Translations under genes and position numbers: made by a program
Part shown: one piece after another, positions 17,094 to 24,897 of the stretch
Position numbering within the stretch: position 1 is the first letter of the stretch
Layout of the letters: each line of letters opens with the position of its first letter
Origin: Candidatus Methylomirabilis sp.
GTDB lineage: Bacteria > Methylomirabilota > Methylomirabilia > Methylomirabilales > JACPAU01
Assembly: GCA_036000645.1 (NCBI GenBank)
Contig: DASYVA010000062.1
Location: 1 to 47,148 of the forward strand
Length of the DNA stretch: 47,148 bases
Direction: 5' to 3'
The notes under the pieces: generated by a model
Database searches by the model: none
Seen by the model: the letters and a program-made list of their open reading frames with translations, nothing else
Told to the model about the DNA's origin: nothing

Positions 17094-18314
17094 ATGGAGA
17101 GACCGCGGCTCCGCCCGATCGACGCCTTCCCCACCGAGGTGGACGGGACCCCGGCCCTGTGCCTGCGGGACCCGCAGGGCCTCACCGACCGGGTCCTCTT
17201 CCTCCCCCTGGCGGCCGTCGAGATCCTCCAGCATCTGGACGGGACCCACAGCATCCTGGACATCCAGGCCGCTTGGGTCCGGCGGCACGGGGATTTCCTC
17301 TTCCGGGAGCAGGTGGAGGAGCTCCTCGCGCTCCTGGACGAGCACCTGCTCCTGGATACCCCGCGCGCGGCCGCCGCCCGCGAGGCCGCGGAGCGGGAGT
17401 TCAGCGCCGCCCCCGTGCGCCCCGCCTTTCACGCCGGCCGCGCCTACGACGCCGACCCGGCCCGCCTCCGGGCGACCCTCGACAGCTTCTTCACGAGCCC
17501 CGAGGGCCCGGGGGTGCCGGGGCCCCCGCGCGGGACGAGGCTGCAGGCGGTGCTCGCCCCCCACATCGACTTCGCCCGGGGGGGCCCCACATACGCCTGG
17601 GCCTACCGGGCGGTCGTGGAGGCCGCGGAGGCGGACACCTTCATCGTGCTGGGGACGGCCCACTCGCCCCTCGGAGGCCGCTTCTCTCCCGGCCGGAAGG
17701 ACTTCGCCACGCCCTTCGGGCCCCTCGAGACCGACCGGGGGTTCGTCGACCGGCTGGTCGCGCGCACCGGGGGGGACGGCATCGTGCTGGATGACTTCGT
17801 CCACCGAGCGGAGCACTCCATCGACTTCCAGGCGGTCTTCCTCCAGTACCTGTACGCGGGAAGGCGACCGATCCGTCTGGTCCCGATTCTGTGCGGGACC
17901 CTCTCGGACTTCGTCCTGACGGGGATGTCCCCGGCGGATGACCCGGTGGTTCGCCGCTTCGTGACGGCCCTGCAGGAGACCATCGGAACGGCGAAAGGGC
18001 GGATGTGTCTGGTGGGAGGGGTGGACCTGGCCCACCTCGGGCCCCGCTTCGGGGACCCGAAGCCCCTCACGGCCGCGCACCTCCGGCGGGCAGCCCAGGA
18101 CGACGCGGCGATGCTGCAAGCGGTCACGGCCGGAGATGCGGAGGGATTCTTCTGCTTCGTCCAGCAGGAGCGGGACCGTCGGCGGATCTGCGGCCTCTCC
18201 CCCATCTACATCCTGCTGAAAGTCCTGGAGGGGGCGAAGGGCACACTCCTCCGCTACAGCCAGTGGCCGGACCCGCAGGGAACAGTGACCTTCGCCGGCC
18301 TGACCTTCCCGTGA
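17094..18314 (+). CDS. Memo-family protein (AmmeMemoRadiSam system protein B-like) with ~105-aa N-terminal PqqD/RRE-like extension
   Basis: ATG 17094 lies 5 nt after GGAG; a GTG at 17088 is also possible. The Memo core runs from VRPAFHAGRAYDADP..L onward, with APHIDF, AEHSIDFQ, VDLAHLG and ICGLSP. The N-terminal extension is described in the findings. Confidence 0.85.
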   Translation: MERPRLRPIDAFPTEVDGTPALCLRDPQGLTDRVLFLPLAAVEILQHLDGTHSILDIQAAWVRRHGDFLFREQVEELLALLDEHLLLDTPRAAAAREAAEREFSAAPVRPAFHAGRAYDADPARLRATLDSFFTSPEGPGVPGPPRGTRLQAVLAPHIDFARGGPTYAWAYRAVVEAAEADTFIVLGTAHSPLGGRFSPGRKDFATPFGPLETDRGFVDRLVARTGGDGIVLDDFVHRAEHSIDFQAVFLQYLYAGRRPIRLVPILCGTLSDFVLTGMSPADDPVVRRFVTALQETIGTAKGRMCLVGGVDLAHLGPRFGDPKPLTAAHLRRAAQDDAAMLQAVTAGDAEGFFCFVQQERDRRRICGLSPIYILLKVLEGAKGTLLRYSQWPDPQGTVTFAGLTFP

Positions 18315-18386
18315 CGACAGGGCGGGCAGGGGAGGGGCGCGGTCGGTTGGGCAACGCGGAAGCGGGGGAAGAAGGGGCCGGAGACC

Positions 18387-18692
18387 TCAGAACCGGCCGC
18401 CCCGCTCGGGGCCTCGGCCGGGCGGCCCGACCCCGCGGTCCCGCTCGGGAGGCCGGGCCTCGTTGACGACGAGCTGGCGGCTCTTCAGGGCATGCCCGTT
18501 GAACAGGGAGATGGCCTTCTGCGCCTCCTCGTCCGTGGCCATCTCCACGAAGCCGAAGCCCCGCGACTGGCCGGTGTAGGCGTCGGTGATGATCTTCACC
18601 GAGGCGACTGAGCCCGCCTGGGCGAACAGATCGCGCAGATCGGCCTCCGTTGCCTGGTAGGACAGGTTCCCCACGTACAGTCTCCGTGCCAT
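18387..18692 (-). CDS. RRM-type RNA-binding protein with Arg/Gly-rich tail
   Basis: RNP2 LYVGNL and RNP1 RGFGFVEM are present. Length is 101 aa. SD GGGAGGAG lies upstream. Confidence 0.95.
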   Translation of the reverse strand: MARRLYVGNLSYQATEADLRDLFAQAGSVASVKIITDAYTGQSRGFGFVEMATDEEAQKAISLFNGHALKSRQLVVNEARPPERDRGVGPPGRGPERGGRF

Positions 18693-18731
18693 GCGCTCTC
18701 CTCCCTCTCCCCTTCCCGGTCCGCCAGACGC

Positions 18732-18768
18732 AAAAAACCCCTCAAAGGTATCTCAGTCCTTTGAGGGG
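18732..18768 (-). terminator. intrinsic-terminator-like hairpin + U6 inside the rbp 5' leader (candidate attenuator)
   Basis: A perfect 11-bp stem (CCCCTCAAAGG 18738-18748 / CCTTTGAGGGG 18758-18768) with a 9-nt loop is followed on the minus strand by TTTTTT (18737-18732). It lies 39 nt upstream of the rbp ATG. No co-directional gene lies upstream. Confidence 0.6.
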
Positions 18769-18826
18769 CACGCGCTCACGGGAATCGTCCTGTCCTGGGG
18801 GGTCCCACGGTGAGAACTGCGGCCCC

Positions 18827-18855
18827 AAGGTAGTCGAGGCCCCCGGGCGTGTCAA
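18827..18855 (-). promoter_or_regulatory. putative promoter of the RRM RNA-binding protein gene
   Basis: On the minus strand: CCTTGACAC with TTGACA at 18855-18850, 17 nt spacer, TACCTT (18832-18827). Confidence 0.4.
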
Positions 18856-18936
18856 GGCAAATCCCACCCGCAGCGGCCACCCCGTCCAGGCGGGCGCCGG
18901 CGGCACGCCGGCCGTGCGGGAGCAAGGAGTCGGCCC

Positions 18937-18966
18937 TTGACACCTCCAGGTGCGCCCCCCCATTAT
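18937..18966 (+). promoter_or_regulatory. putative promoter of the aquaporin gene
   Basis: CCTTGACAC with TTGACA at 18937-18942, 18 nt spacer, CATTAT (18961-18966), about 70 nt upstream of ATG 19039. Confidence 0.5.
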
Positions 18967-19038
18967 CGGCCTGTTGCCCCGCGGCCCGCGGCCTCGGGCG
19001 CCCCCGCCCCCACTGCGCCATCCAAGGAGGCACAGCTC

Positions 19039-19704
19039 ATGAGCGCGTTCGTCGCGGAGCTGGTCGGGACCTTCACGCTCGTCTTCGTGGGTGCCGGCGC
19101 CATCATCCTGGACGCCCACACGCGTGGCGGCGTCGCGCTGCTCGGCATCGCCGTCGCCCACGGCCTTGCCCTCGGCGTCGCGGTCACCATCACCGGCCCC
19201 ACCTCCGGCGGGCACCTGAACCCCGTCGTCACGGCCGCCATGCTGGCCACGAAGCGGATCGCCCCCGGCAAGGCGGGAGGCTACATCGTCGCCCAGCTCC
19301 TGGGGGCCACGGTGGCCGGGGTCCTCCTGAAGGGACTCTATCCCGCCGAGGCGGTGGCCCGGAGTACGCTGGGGACCCCCACCCTCGGCCCCGGTGTCAC
19401 CTTCGGCCAGGGGATCGTCATCGAGGCGATCCTGACGTTCCTCCTCCTCTTCACCATCTTTGCGGTCGCGGTGGATCCGCGGGGGCCCCAGCAGATCGGC
19501 GGCTTCTGCATCGGGCTCACGGTCGCCTTCGACATCCTGGCCGGCGGGCCCCTGACGGGGGCCGCCATGAACCCGGCCCGGGCCTTCGGCCCGGCCCTGG
19601 CGGCCGGCTTCTGGGACAACCACCTCGTCTACTGGAGCGGCCCCGCCCTGGGAGGCCTGCTGGGGGCGTTCCTCTATGAGGGCCTGATTCTGCCCCGGAA
19701 GTAG
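19039..19704 (+). CDS. aqpZ: MIP-family aquaporin
   Basis: AAGGAGG lies 8 nt before ATG 19039. There are six TM segments. The first signature is HLNPVVT (NPV) and the second is AMNPARA (NPA). Confidence 0.95.
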   Translation: MSAFVAELVGTFTLVFVGAGAIILDAHTRGGVALLGIAVAHGLALGVAVTITGPTSGGHLNPVVTAAMLATKRIAPGKAGGYIVAQLLGATVAGVLLKGLYPAEAVARSTLGTPTLGPGVTFGQGIVIEAILTFLLLFTIFAVAVDPRGPQQIGGFCIGLTVAFDILAGGPLTGAAMNPARAFGPALAAGFWDNHLVYWSGPALGGLLGAFLYEGLILPRK

Positions 19705-19737
19705 CCCCCGGCGACCCCGGCCGGTGCCAGCCCCACC

Positions 19738-20763
19738 ATGACGATCCTCAGCGAACAGAAGCTCACCCGCCTCCGGGAGCTGCTCCCCCAGCACCCCCGG
19801 ATGCTCATCCTCACCCACGACAACCCCGATCCCGACTCCCTGGCCAGCGCTGCGGCCCTCCACTTCCTGCTGGCGGAGCTGTGCGGGGCCGAGGGCGTCC
19901 TCGCCTTTGGGGGAATCGTGGGACGCGCCGAGAACCGCGCCCTGCTGCGCTACCTCCCCATCAAAGCGCAGCCGGTGGAAGCCCTTTCCTTCGAGGAGTT
20001 CGACCTGGTCGCCCTGGTGGACACCCAGCCCCGCACCGGAAACAACTCCCTCCCCCCCGACCGGCTCCCCGGCATCGTCATCGACCATCACCCCCTGCGC
20101 CGCCAGACGCGGCAGGTGCCGTTCCGCGACATCCGGCGCGGCTACGGGGCCACCTCAACCATTCTCACCGAGTACCTGCAGGCCGCGGGGATCAGCTCCG
20201 AGGCCCGGCTGGCCACCGCCCTCTTCTACGCCATCCGCTCGGAGACGCAGGACCTCGGCCGCGAGGCCTCCCGGGCCGACGTGGAGGCGGCACGGTACCT
20301 CTACCCGTTCACGAACCGCCGTTTGCTCTCTCGGATCGAGTACTCGCGGGTCCCCCCCGAGTACTTCCGGGCCCTGGGCCGGGTCCTGAAGCGCGCCACG
20401 ATCCACGACGGCGTGGTCGTCTCCCGTCTGGGAGAGCTGGAGTACCCCGACATGGTGGCGGAGATGGCCGACCTCCTCCTCCGGCTGGAGGACGCGCGGT
20501 GGGCCATCTGCCTCGGGACCTACGGGGAGAGCCTCTTCCTGTCGCTCAGGACCTCGGAGGGGGACGTCAACGCCGGGGCGTTCATCCGGAGGGCGGTTGG
20601 GCGGACGGGGGCGGCCGGGGGACACGGCATGATGGCGGGAGGGCGGATCCGCCTCAAGGACCGGGGGGCGAAGGCAGTGGCCCGGCTGGAGGAGCGGCTG
20701 ATCCGGCGGTTCCTCCGGGCGCTCAAGATCCCGCCGGGCCCCGGCGTCCGGCTGGTTCCCTGA
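19738..20763 (+). CDS. DHH family phosphoesterase (NrnA-like)
   Basis: Motifs: HDNPDPDSLASA, VDT, VIDHH, and the DHHA1-type GGHGMMAGG. Confidence 0.85.
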   Translation: MTILSEQKLTRLRELLPQHPRMLILTHDNPDPDSLASAAALHFLLAELCGAEGVLAFGGIVGRAENRALLRYLPIKAQPVEALSFEEFDLVALVDTQPRTGNNSLPPDRLPGIVIDHHPLRRQTRQVPFRDIRRGYGATSTILTEYLQAAGISSEARLATALFYAIRSETQDLGREASRADVEAARYLYPFTNRRLLSRIEYSRVPPEYFRALGRVLKRATIHDGVVVSRLGELEYPDMVAEMADLLLRLEDARWAICLGTYGESLFLSLRTSEGDVNAGAFIRRAVGRTGAAGGHGMMAGGRIRLKDRGAKAVARLEERLIRRFLRALKIPPGPGVRLVP

Positions 20764-20769
20764 GCAGCG

Positions 20770-21432
20770 TCAGTTCCAGCGGCCGCCCTCCGCGGCGCAG
20801 TCGCCCCCGCCGTAACGCGCCAGCAGCGCCTCCGAGACCGCCGCCGTCACCAGGCCCAGGCGGTCCCCCAGGTCCAGGGTCTCCAGGATCCGCTGACGCT
20901 GGGCGGCCCCCACGACGACCACGGAGGCCACCCGGTCAATCAGCGCCGCGGGGCTGGGCGCCTCCGTCGCCAACCGGCTGAGCGCCCGCTCGCCCCGCCC
21001 GACCTCCCTCAGCAGACGCAGGTACGAAGCCGTGAGGGCCTCGAGGCCCCGCTGGATTGGGGCGGACCCGGCGTCGGGGAGCCGGTCCTCCAGCACGCGG
21101 CAACGGACCAGCCGATAGGCGCCGGGAGCGGGGAGCTCCTCCTCGATGAGGACCCGGGCGAACCCCTCCAGGAGGATATTGGACCTCCCGTCCGGCAGCC
21201 GCTCCGCCTCCACCACCTGCCCCGCCCCGGCCACGGTGTGGATCGGCGGCCGCCCGGAGTATTCCCGCTCCCACCCCGGCAGGAGCCTCACCACCACCAT
21301 CCGCTTCTCCCCCGCCAGACAGTCGGCCAGCATGGCCCGGTAGCGCGGCTCGAAGACGTGGAGCGGCAGGAGCGTATGGGGGAACAAAACCGTCTCGGGG
21401 AGGGGAAACAGCGGGAGGGTGAGCGGGGCCAC
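20770..21432 (-). CDS. stand-alone LON substrate-binding (Lon N-terminal) domain protein
   Basis: GTG 21432 is preceded by GAGGAG. LPLFPLPETVLFPHTLLPLHVFEPRYRAM is the classic Lon-N start. No AAA+ or protease domain follows. Confidence 0.8.
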   Translation of the reverse strand: MAPLTLPLFPLPETVLFPHTLLPLHVFEPRYRAMLADCLAGEKRMVVVRLLPGWEREYSGRPPIHTVAGAGQVVEAERLPDGRSNILLEGFARVLIEEELPAPGAYRLVRCRVLEDRLPDAGSAPIQRGLEALTASYLRLLREVGRGERALSRLATEAPSPAALIDRVASVVVVGAAQRQRILETLDLGDRLGLVTAAVSEALLARYGGGDCAAEGGRWN

Positions 21433-21440
21433 GCGACTCC

Positions 21441-22070
21441 TCAGCGGCGGAGACTCAGCCCCACGCCGTCCCGGAGGGGGAGGATGACGGTGAGGAGCTC
21501 GGGCGAAGCGTAGAGCAGGCGCGTGTACTCCTGCACGGCCCGGGTGCTGGGGGCGGGCGGCTCCTCCGTGGCCACTCGCCCGGACCACAGGAGGTTGTCG
21601 GTGATGAGCAGGCCGCCCGGCCGAAGCCGGGGCAGGAGCTTGGGGAAGGCGGGCGGGTACTGCTCCTTGTCTATATCATTGAAGATGAGGTCGAAGGGGC
21701 CCGGCGTCCGGTCGAGAAGCGCCAGGGCATCGCCCACTTCGAAGCGGACCCGGTCCGCGATCTCCGCCCGCCGGAAGACCTCGGCCGCAATCGCCGCGTT
21801 CTCCGCCGAGCCGTCCACGCAGAGCAGGGTGCCGTCCCGTTCCATTCCCCGCGCCAGCCAGAGCGCCGAGTAGCCGAACCCCGAGCCCACCTCCAGGATC
21901 CGGCGCGCCCGGACGAGCTGCGCGCACAGCTCGAGCAAGCGGCCGACCAGGGGCCCCACGATGGGAAACCCGCGCTCCGCCGCGGACGCCTCCAGCTCCC
22001 CGAACAGGGGATCGGGGCCCGCCGGCAGGCCCTGCAGGTACGCCTCGACGAGGGGAGGGAGGAGGGTCAG
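21441..22070 (-). CDS. class I SAM-dependent O-methyltransferase (caffeoyl-CoA OMT / YrrM-like); start codon unresolved
   Basis: Motifs: ILEVGSGFGYSALWLA, FDLIFNDIDK, GGLLITDNLLW. The only in-frame ATG/GTG/TTG upstream of the conserved N-terminus is GTG 22178, which would add about 36 Arg/Gly-rich residues and a 112-nt overlap. CTG 22070 overlaps the upstream stop (CTGA). Confidence 0.8.
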   Translation of the reverse strand: MTLLPPLVEAYLQGLPAGPDPLFGELEASAAERGFPIVGPLVGRLLELCAQLVRARRILEVGSGFGYSALWLARGMERDGTLLCVDGSAENAAIAAEVFRRAEIADRVRFEVGDALALLDRTPGPFDLIFNDIDKEQYPPAFPKLLPRLRPGGLLITDNLLWSGRVATEEPPAPSTRAVQEYTRLLYASPELLTVILPLRDGVGLSLRR

Positions 22071-22642
22071 TCCGCCTTGAGGATGGCCTTGACCGCGGCC
22101 ACCCGCCCCGCGAAGGCGGCGTCGGACAGGACCGGAACGGCGCCGCCGGTGGCGACCGGAGCCTCCAGGGTGACCCACGATTTACACCCCCGGTATTCTG
22201 GGGTCTCCACCACCTCCGTCGCCCGAGGGAGCCGGTGGACCCGCAGGAGCATCAAGTAGAGCGGCGTGCCGGGCCGGTAGTGGAAACGCATGTCCACGTA
22301 GGCGGGCGTCCAGAGGTGGTGCTCGGCGAGCTTGTGGAGGCGGGCGAGGTCGGTCGCTTCCAGCACCTCGCCGACCATCGCGTAGGTGTCCAGGACAATC
22401 CGCTCGACGGTCCAGGGCGGCGGAGCCGCGGCAGCGAAGTCCGCGTGAAACTCCGGCCGGACGTGCTCGCGCTGCTGGTGGACGTAGGTCGGGTAGAAGA
22501 CGAACTCGGGGTGATCCACCCGGAACTCTCCCCCCTCCTCCGCAATCCCCCCCTTGCGCAGAAGGACGATCTGCCTCCCCTCCCGCAAGGCGTTCACCAC
22601 CACCGCCCACTCCTTGAGCGCGATCCGATTCTCCTGGAGCAC
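22067..22642 (-). CDS. DUF1802 family protein
   Basis: GTG 22642 follows GGGAGGAGGGGG. ALKEWAVVVNALREGRQIVLLRKGGI.E...F and FYPTYVHQ match the DUF1802 pattern as I recall it. Confidence 0.7.
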   Translation of the reverse strand: MLQENRIALKEWAVVVNALREGRQIVLLRKGGIAEEGGEFRVDHPEFVFYPTYVHQQREHVRPEFHADFAAAAPPPWTVERIVLDTYAMVGEVLEATDLARLHKLAEHHLWTPAYVDMRFHYRPGTPLYLMLLRVHRLPRATEVVETPEYRGCKSWVTLEAPVATGGAVPVLSDAAFAGRVAAVKAILKAD

Positions 22643-22665
22643 GACGCCCCCTCCTCCCTCGCCCG

Positions 22666-22695
22666 GTGATACTCCATCCGCGGAGCGGGTGTCAA
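22666..22695 (-). promoter_or_regulatory. putative promoter of the DUF1802-OMT-LonN operon
   Basis: On the minus strand: CCTTGACAC (TTGACA 22695-22690), 18 nt spacer, TATCAC (22671-22666), about 24 nt upstream of GTG 22642. Confidence 0.4.
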
Positions 22696-22811
22696 GGCGC
22701 CGGGGGGATTTGCCTGGCTGCCCCCGGCAAGGGCCGTTATACTCGGCGGGCGGCGGACCCCCCCGGCGGCAACGGGCAGGCCCGAAGCCCCACGCGCACG
22801 CGGAGGATTGG

Positions 22812-24275
22812 ATGGAAGTCCGGAAGGGGCTCGTGGTCCTGGCCGTGTGCCTGGGGATGCTCCTCGCCGCCCTGGACGCCACCATCGTGGGGACCGCCAT
22901 GCCCACCGTCGCGGCCAGCCTGGGCGGCCTCCCCCTCTATGCCTGGGTCTTCTCCATCTACATGCTGGCCGCCACAACCTCCATGCCCCTCTTCGGGAAG
23001 CTCTCGGACCTCCACGGTCGGCGGCGCCTCTTCCTGGCCGCCATCGGGATCTTCACCGCCGGCTCCGCCCTCTGCGGGGGGGCGGCCTCGATGTCGCAGC
23101 TGATCGCGGCCCGGGCCATCCAGGGGCTCGGGGCCGGCGGCATCTTCGCGCTGTCGCAGGCCATCTTCGGGGACCTCTTCTCCCCCGCGGAGCGGGGACG
23201 GATGCAGGGCTACCTCGCCTCCGTCTGGGGCCTGAGCAGCATCGTGGGCCCGCTCCTCGGGGGGCTCATCGTGGATACGCTCGGCTGGCGCTGGACCTTC
23301 CTGGTGAACGTCCCCCTCGGGGCCTTCGCCGCCGTCATGATCCAGCATGGCATGACAGGGGCGCTCGCCCGCGGGAGCCGGCGCCCGCTGGATCTCCCCG
23401 GAGCCTTCGCCCTCACGGGTGCCATCCTGGCCCTCCTGCTGGCCGCGCTCCGCCTCGGAGAAACGGGGACCCTTGCCGCCCCCGGGACGCTATTCCCCCT
23501 CGCCCTCTTCGGCCTGCTGAGCGGGATCCTGCTCCACCTCGAGCGCCGCGCTCCGGAGCCGGTCCTGCCCCTCCGCCTCTTCGAGAGCCGGGCCTTCAGT
23601 GCCTCCATCCTCGTTGGCATCTTCTCGGGGGTGGGGATGTTCGGCGCCATCTCCTTCCTCCCCCTGTTCGTCCAGGGGGTGCTGGGCGGGAGCGCCACCG
23701 CCGCCGGCTCGGTCCTGACCCCCATGAGCCTCGGATGGTCCTCGGGCAGCACGCTCGGGGGACGGGTCGTCAACCGGACGGGCTACCGGGCGCTGGGCCT
23801 GACGGGGATGACCCTGATGGCCGGGGCGTACCTGCGCATCGCGGCCCTGACGGAGGGATCCACCCTCTGGGGGATCATCGGGACCGTGTTCGTCCTGGGC
23901 CTGGGCATGGGGTTCGTCACCGTGACGACCGTCGTGGCGGTCCAGAACGCGGTGCGGCGGGAGGACCTGGGCATCGCCACCACCGCTCCCTTTTTCTTCC
24001 GCAGCATCGGTGCCACCGTGGGAGTGGCGCTCATGGGGGCGATGCTGACGCGTCGCCTGGGAACCGGCGCCGGCGGCGCGCTCCTCCGCCTCGAACCCAC
24101 CCTCGCGCTCCAGGCGTTCGCGGGGCTGCGGGGCACCCTGGCCGCGGCCCTCTCCGCCGCCTTCGCCGTCGGCCTGGTCACCTGTTTCCTCGGCCTCGCC
24201 GCGAGTCTCCTGCTCCCGAACACGTCGCCCACGCGCGGCGCACCGGCCCCCGCCTCGCCGCGGCTCGAGGCATGA
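22812..24275 (+). CDS. MFS transporter, DHA2 (EmrB/QacA-like, 14-TMS type)
   Basis: ATG 22812 follows GGAGGA. Motifs: LDATIVGTAMP, GKLSDLHGRRRLF, RAIQGLGAGG. Confidence 0.9.
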   Translation: MEVRKGLVVLAVCLGMLLAALDATIVGTAMPTVAASLGGLPLYAWVFSIYMLAATTSMPLFGKLSDLHGRRRLFLAAIGIFTAGSALCGGAASMSQLIAARAIQGLGAGGIFALSQAIFGDLFSPAERGRMQGYLASVWGLSSIVGPLLGGLIVDTLGWRWTFLVNVPLGAFAAVMIQHGMTGALARGSRRPLDLPGAFALTGAILALLLAALRLGETGTLAAPGTLFPLALFGLLSGILLHLERRAPEPVLPLRLFESRAFSASILVGIFSGVGMFGAISFLPLFVQGVLGGSATAAGSVLTPMSLGWSSGSTLGGRVVNRTGYRALGLTGMTLMAGAYLRIAALTEGSTLWGIIGTVFVLGLGMGFVTVTTVVAVQNAVRREDLGIATTAPFFFRSIGATVGVALMGAMLTRRLGTGAGGALLRLEPTLALQAFAGLRGTLAAALSAAFAVGLVTCFLGLAASLLLPNTSPTRGAPAPASPRLEA

Positions 24276-24503
24276 CTCTCTCGCGCCGAGTCCAGGAATG
24301 ATATCGGGGGAGGACCCCCCACGCCCTATTCGGCGGGAAGCTCCAACGGCTTCAGAAGACCGACGCTTCCGGTAGGGCTCCGGCGACTCACCGGAACCAG
24401 TCGTCGATTGTCCGGAGACCGCCCCGGAGGGCCAAGCCAGCGGTGAGCCCGGCTGCCAGAGAGAGGAGGATCGGCCAGCGTCAGTCCCGGTTCATCGGCG
24501 TGC

Positions 24504-24746
24504 TCACCGGCTGTCCTTGAGTTGTTTGATCTCTTCGCGCAGGTCACGAACCTCTTGCGCTAACTGGGCCACCTCGCCGCCCCCCGCGCTTCTATGGCCG
24601 CCCATGCACATGAACGGCCGCCCTCCGCCCATCGCGCGGACCAGCGCGATGACGAACACGAGGGCGATCGACAAGCCAATCAGGGGGAAGATCCACCAGA
24701 ACCCTCCCATCGGCGGCCCCCACCACCCCGGTCCCCACATGGCCAT
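24504..24746 (-). CDS. small membrane protein with Trp/Gly-rich N-terminus, MCMGGH motif and C-terminal coiled coil
   Basis: ATG 24746 (or 24740) lies directly after GGAGAGGAGGAA. The product is MAMWGPGWWGPPMGGFWWIFPLIGLSIALVFVIALVRAMGGGRPFMCMGGHRSAGGGEVAQLAQEVRDLREEIKQLKDSR, with one TM helix. Confidence 0.55.
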   Translation of the reverse strand: MAMWGPGWWGPPMGGFWWIFPLIGLSIALVFVIALVRAMGGGRPFMCMGGHRSAGGGEVAQLAQEVRDLREEIKQLKDSR

Positions 24747-24897
24747 TTCCTCCTCTCCATCAGTGCCAAGGTCACCGTCTTCCCAATTTGCATCGGCAAT
24801 GCCAGTGAGTGGGAGCGACAATTCAACAGGTTAGGGGACAGCGTCCGGCTCCGGGGTGAGGACACCATGCCCCAGGCGGGGTGCCTGCGCCCCACCG

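Noticed and set aside
24276-24503. The 228-nt convergent spacer between the DHA2 MFS gene and the small membrane protein gene, including ORF 24326-24547(-) and a GGGGG-agga-CCCCC mini-hairpin. I considered a small gene, an sRNA or a bidirectional terminator.
   Set aside because: The ORF overlaps the real gene end and has no SD or coding bias. The hairpin is only 5 bp and has no flanking T/A tract. Nothing else is recognisable.
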